Below the pieces are notes generated by a model. The model made no database searches. It saw only the letters and a program-made list of their open reading frames with translations, and was not told the DNA's origin. From Macrostomum lignano (taxonomy: Eukaryota): a stretch of DNA of 64,000 nucleotides. Shown in pieces: positions 61,862-64,000 of the stretch; the stretch's first letter is position 1, and the number at the start of each line of letters is the position of its first letter. Where the stretch lies: NCBI GenBank assembly GCA_002269645.1, contig NIVC01000099.1:310001-374000 (forward strand), read 5' to 3'. Both the position numbers and the translations under genes were made by a program.

Positions 61862-64000
61862 TTTAATTTAATGCCTTGAGAATTAGAGTGAGCTCCACGC
61901 GTCGAGGATTGCTCAAGTCAATATACAGTTGGTTCAGACGGTCAGAGGTCACCAAGAGAGAAGAATGACACACTGTTCAGCATGTTGGAATTCCATTGTC
62001 GATTGACCCCTAATAGTACTTCGTAGATAAGACATTTGTACACCAGGCGGTAAATTTTGGTCATCTTATGGTTCCTATCTTTTCAATTTCCCATTGCGGG
62101 GTCAGAGGAGGGCGTAGCCCTTATATTTTATGAGCTAAATCAATTACTGTTTTTAGTTTACAGATTCTTTATCACGTAAGTTATCTGCGCCCCATGAGTT
62201 TGCTTTAATTGTATAAATAAATTATACATTGATTATGATCTGCTCTTATCTCTCTAATCTCGCAATTGGAGTTATAATAATCAACCATGTTGATACAATG
62301 TTGGAGACCTCCTGAGTGGGGATTTCTAAGTGCCTCCTTTTCATTTTTCTAACATTTCGCTGTATAATGTTAATTGCCGTATACTCCTTATTGAAAATTG
62401 AGCCTTGCAGTTTTTACATGATAAATATGGAACATCACAGTCACAGTATATCACCCTTTTATCCTCTCTCTCAACAGTATATCACCCTTATTTCCTCTCT
62501 CCCGAGTATATCACATTTCTATCTCCCTCTTTCACCAGAAATTATGGGGCGTGAACTTTTTGGTTGCTTGTGCAGCCCAGCAGCATCACCGTGAACCTCA
62601 TGGGAAATTTCAGTTACTTTAATCGTTAAAAAACTTTCTGTGCACGACTGACTGCCATCGAAAGCTTCATGTGAAGGCAACAAAGAAGATGCTGGAGCGA
62701 AGTCATGCTGATCGAGAAGCCATATGCTGCAAAACGCCAAAAAGGTAGGAAAAATTCATTTGAAATTCCCAATTAGCTGAGCCCTCCATTCGCTTGGATG
62801 GTTGGAACAGCCTTGCCTCTTGTACCCAAATATTGAGGAATCGGTGCGCAGAGGAGAAACAGACGGGCCGGAAGGTCATTCAAAAGATCTGGCAACTGCA
62901 TTTTTTGCAATCAGAGGCGCCAAAAGTCAGAAAGCAACAGCCGACAGCGTCTTCAAGTCGCTGGCAGCTTCCCAACAAAATAGGGAAATTTTCCCACTTG
63001 GTTTCCAACAAACAGAAATGGATTCCCTATCCGAACGCCTGTCTGATAAACTTCTGCTGCTCCCTCACGTCTCTGCTTCCTTCGGTTCGAGCCCAACTGG
63101 CTTGGAAATGAAAACCGGGTTGGTTTGCTGACTCCGATTTCTCGTTCCGGCATCGCGCCCATGGAATTCCCAGAAGAGGATAAAGATGGCAGATTGTCAA
63201 ATCTCTCCCCCCGGCCTCCGAAAGAACTTGGCAGAAATTGGAGAAGCGAAGCGGATAAGCCTAATGGCTGAGTGACAGCCACCCTGATTGGCAAATGGCG
63301 GCCTTGTTGGAAATGCCAGATCCCGTTTACTATCGGGTTAAGCACCCGTCTGGCAGACTAAAGAGCTCGCATGCTGGCTTACTAAATACCAACTGAACCA
63401 GCAACCGATGGGAAGCCCGTGCCCGGACCCATCTGGCTCGGATTCCATTCTGTCTCCATCTATAACTGGCTAGATTAGCAATCCATTTCAGTCCCTAATT
63501 TGTAGGCTACGGCAGCAGGTTGTGCTCCTTCATTCAGTGGCCGCATTTAGGATCAATATTGCGCATTGTCCGGCCCCTATTTTTTATTGCTTATAGCTGC
63601 CATCGCATTCTGATATTACTCGTAATCCGGCGTGGTTAACTTCCCAGCTCCCCAATGGGGCAGGGCAAGCCGAGTCCAAATGTCACGAAATTAGATTTCA
63701 GAAAAATGGCCGAATCAACCCAATGTTCCCCTTGGCAACTAAACTGTGTGTCCAACACTCGGGCAGACAGACAGGTCCCTGGGGTGCCAATTTTTGAGCA
63801 GTTGCAATTCCATGGAATAGATTTAGCAAACTTAAAACTGTAGGTTCAGTACCGTGCGTGACCTAGCTGCAGATGAGCTGCAGATGAGCTGCAGATGAGC
63901 AGGCATTCTCTTGACCACGCTGGAGGCTTGAAGCGTGACCCAATTTTCCAAGCGTCACTAATGTAGAAAAGGCTCAACGTGATCGAAATCCTGCATTGAG

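Noticed and set aside
62600-63350. Exon-like ORFs near the window end
   Set aside because: Some splice signals are present but there is no recognisable motif or consistent frame.

Overview
Eukaryotic, intron-containing, minisatellite-rich genomic DNA; there is no CRISPR array, rRNA or intact tRNA. The gene types and repeat-filled introns resemble a free-living flatworm such as Macrostomum (inference only). I assembled six gene models by hand from splice signals, and the reading frames balance. They are: a two-exon orphan rhodopsin-type GPCR (-), a two-exon Bcl-2-family gene (+), a four-exon Mpv17 gene (+), a two-exon orphan two-TM protein (-), and two tandem glycine-transporter-like SLC6 paralogues (-). 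There is also the last exon of a BED-zinc-finger protein (+). Mobile DNA comprises a decayed LOA/R1-like non-LTR retrotransposon, a decayed CsRn1-like Ty3/gypsy element, four TIR MITEs with verifiable target-site duplications, a tRNA-derived SINE and a Crypton-like fragment; about 20 tandem arrays also occur. The most interesting observations: (1) a near-complete HDV-like ribozyme fold at the 5' end of the LINE, with an apparent U-A P1.1; (2) two copies of one MITE, one of which lost about 16 of 21 CpGs inside a CpG-poor domain, a methylation footprint; (3) a roughly 275-bp gene-conversion tract over TM6-TM7 of the SLC6 pair; (4) an in-frame TAA 18 nt before the last splice donor of one SLC6 copy; (5) a 1.2-kb ACUAAC array and an NF-Y-box array in Mpv17 introns.
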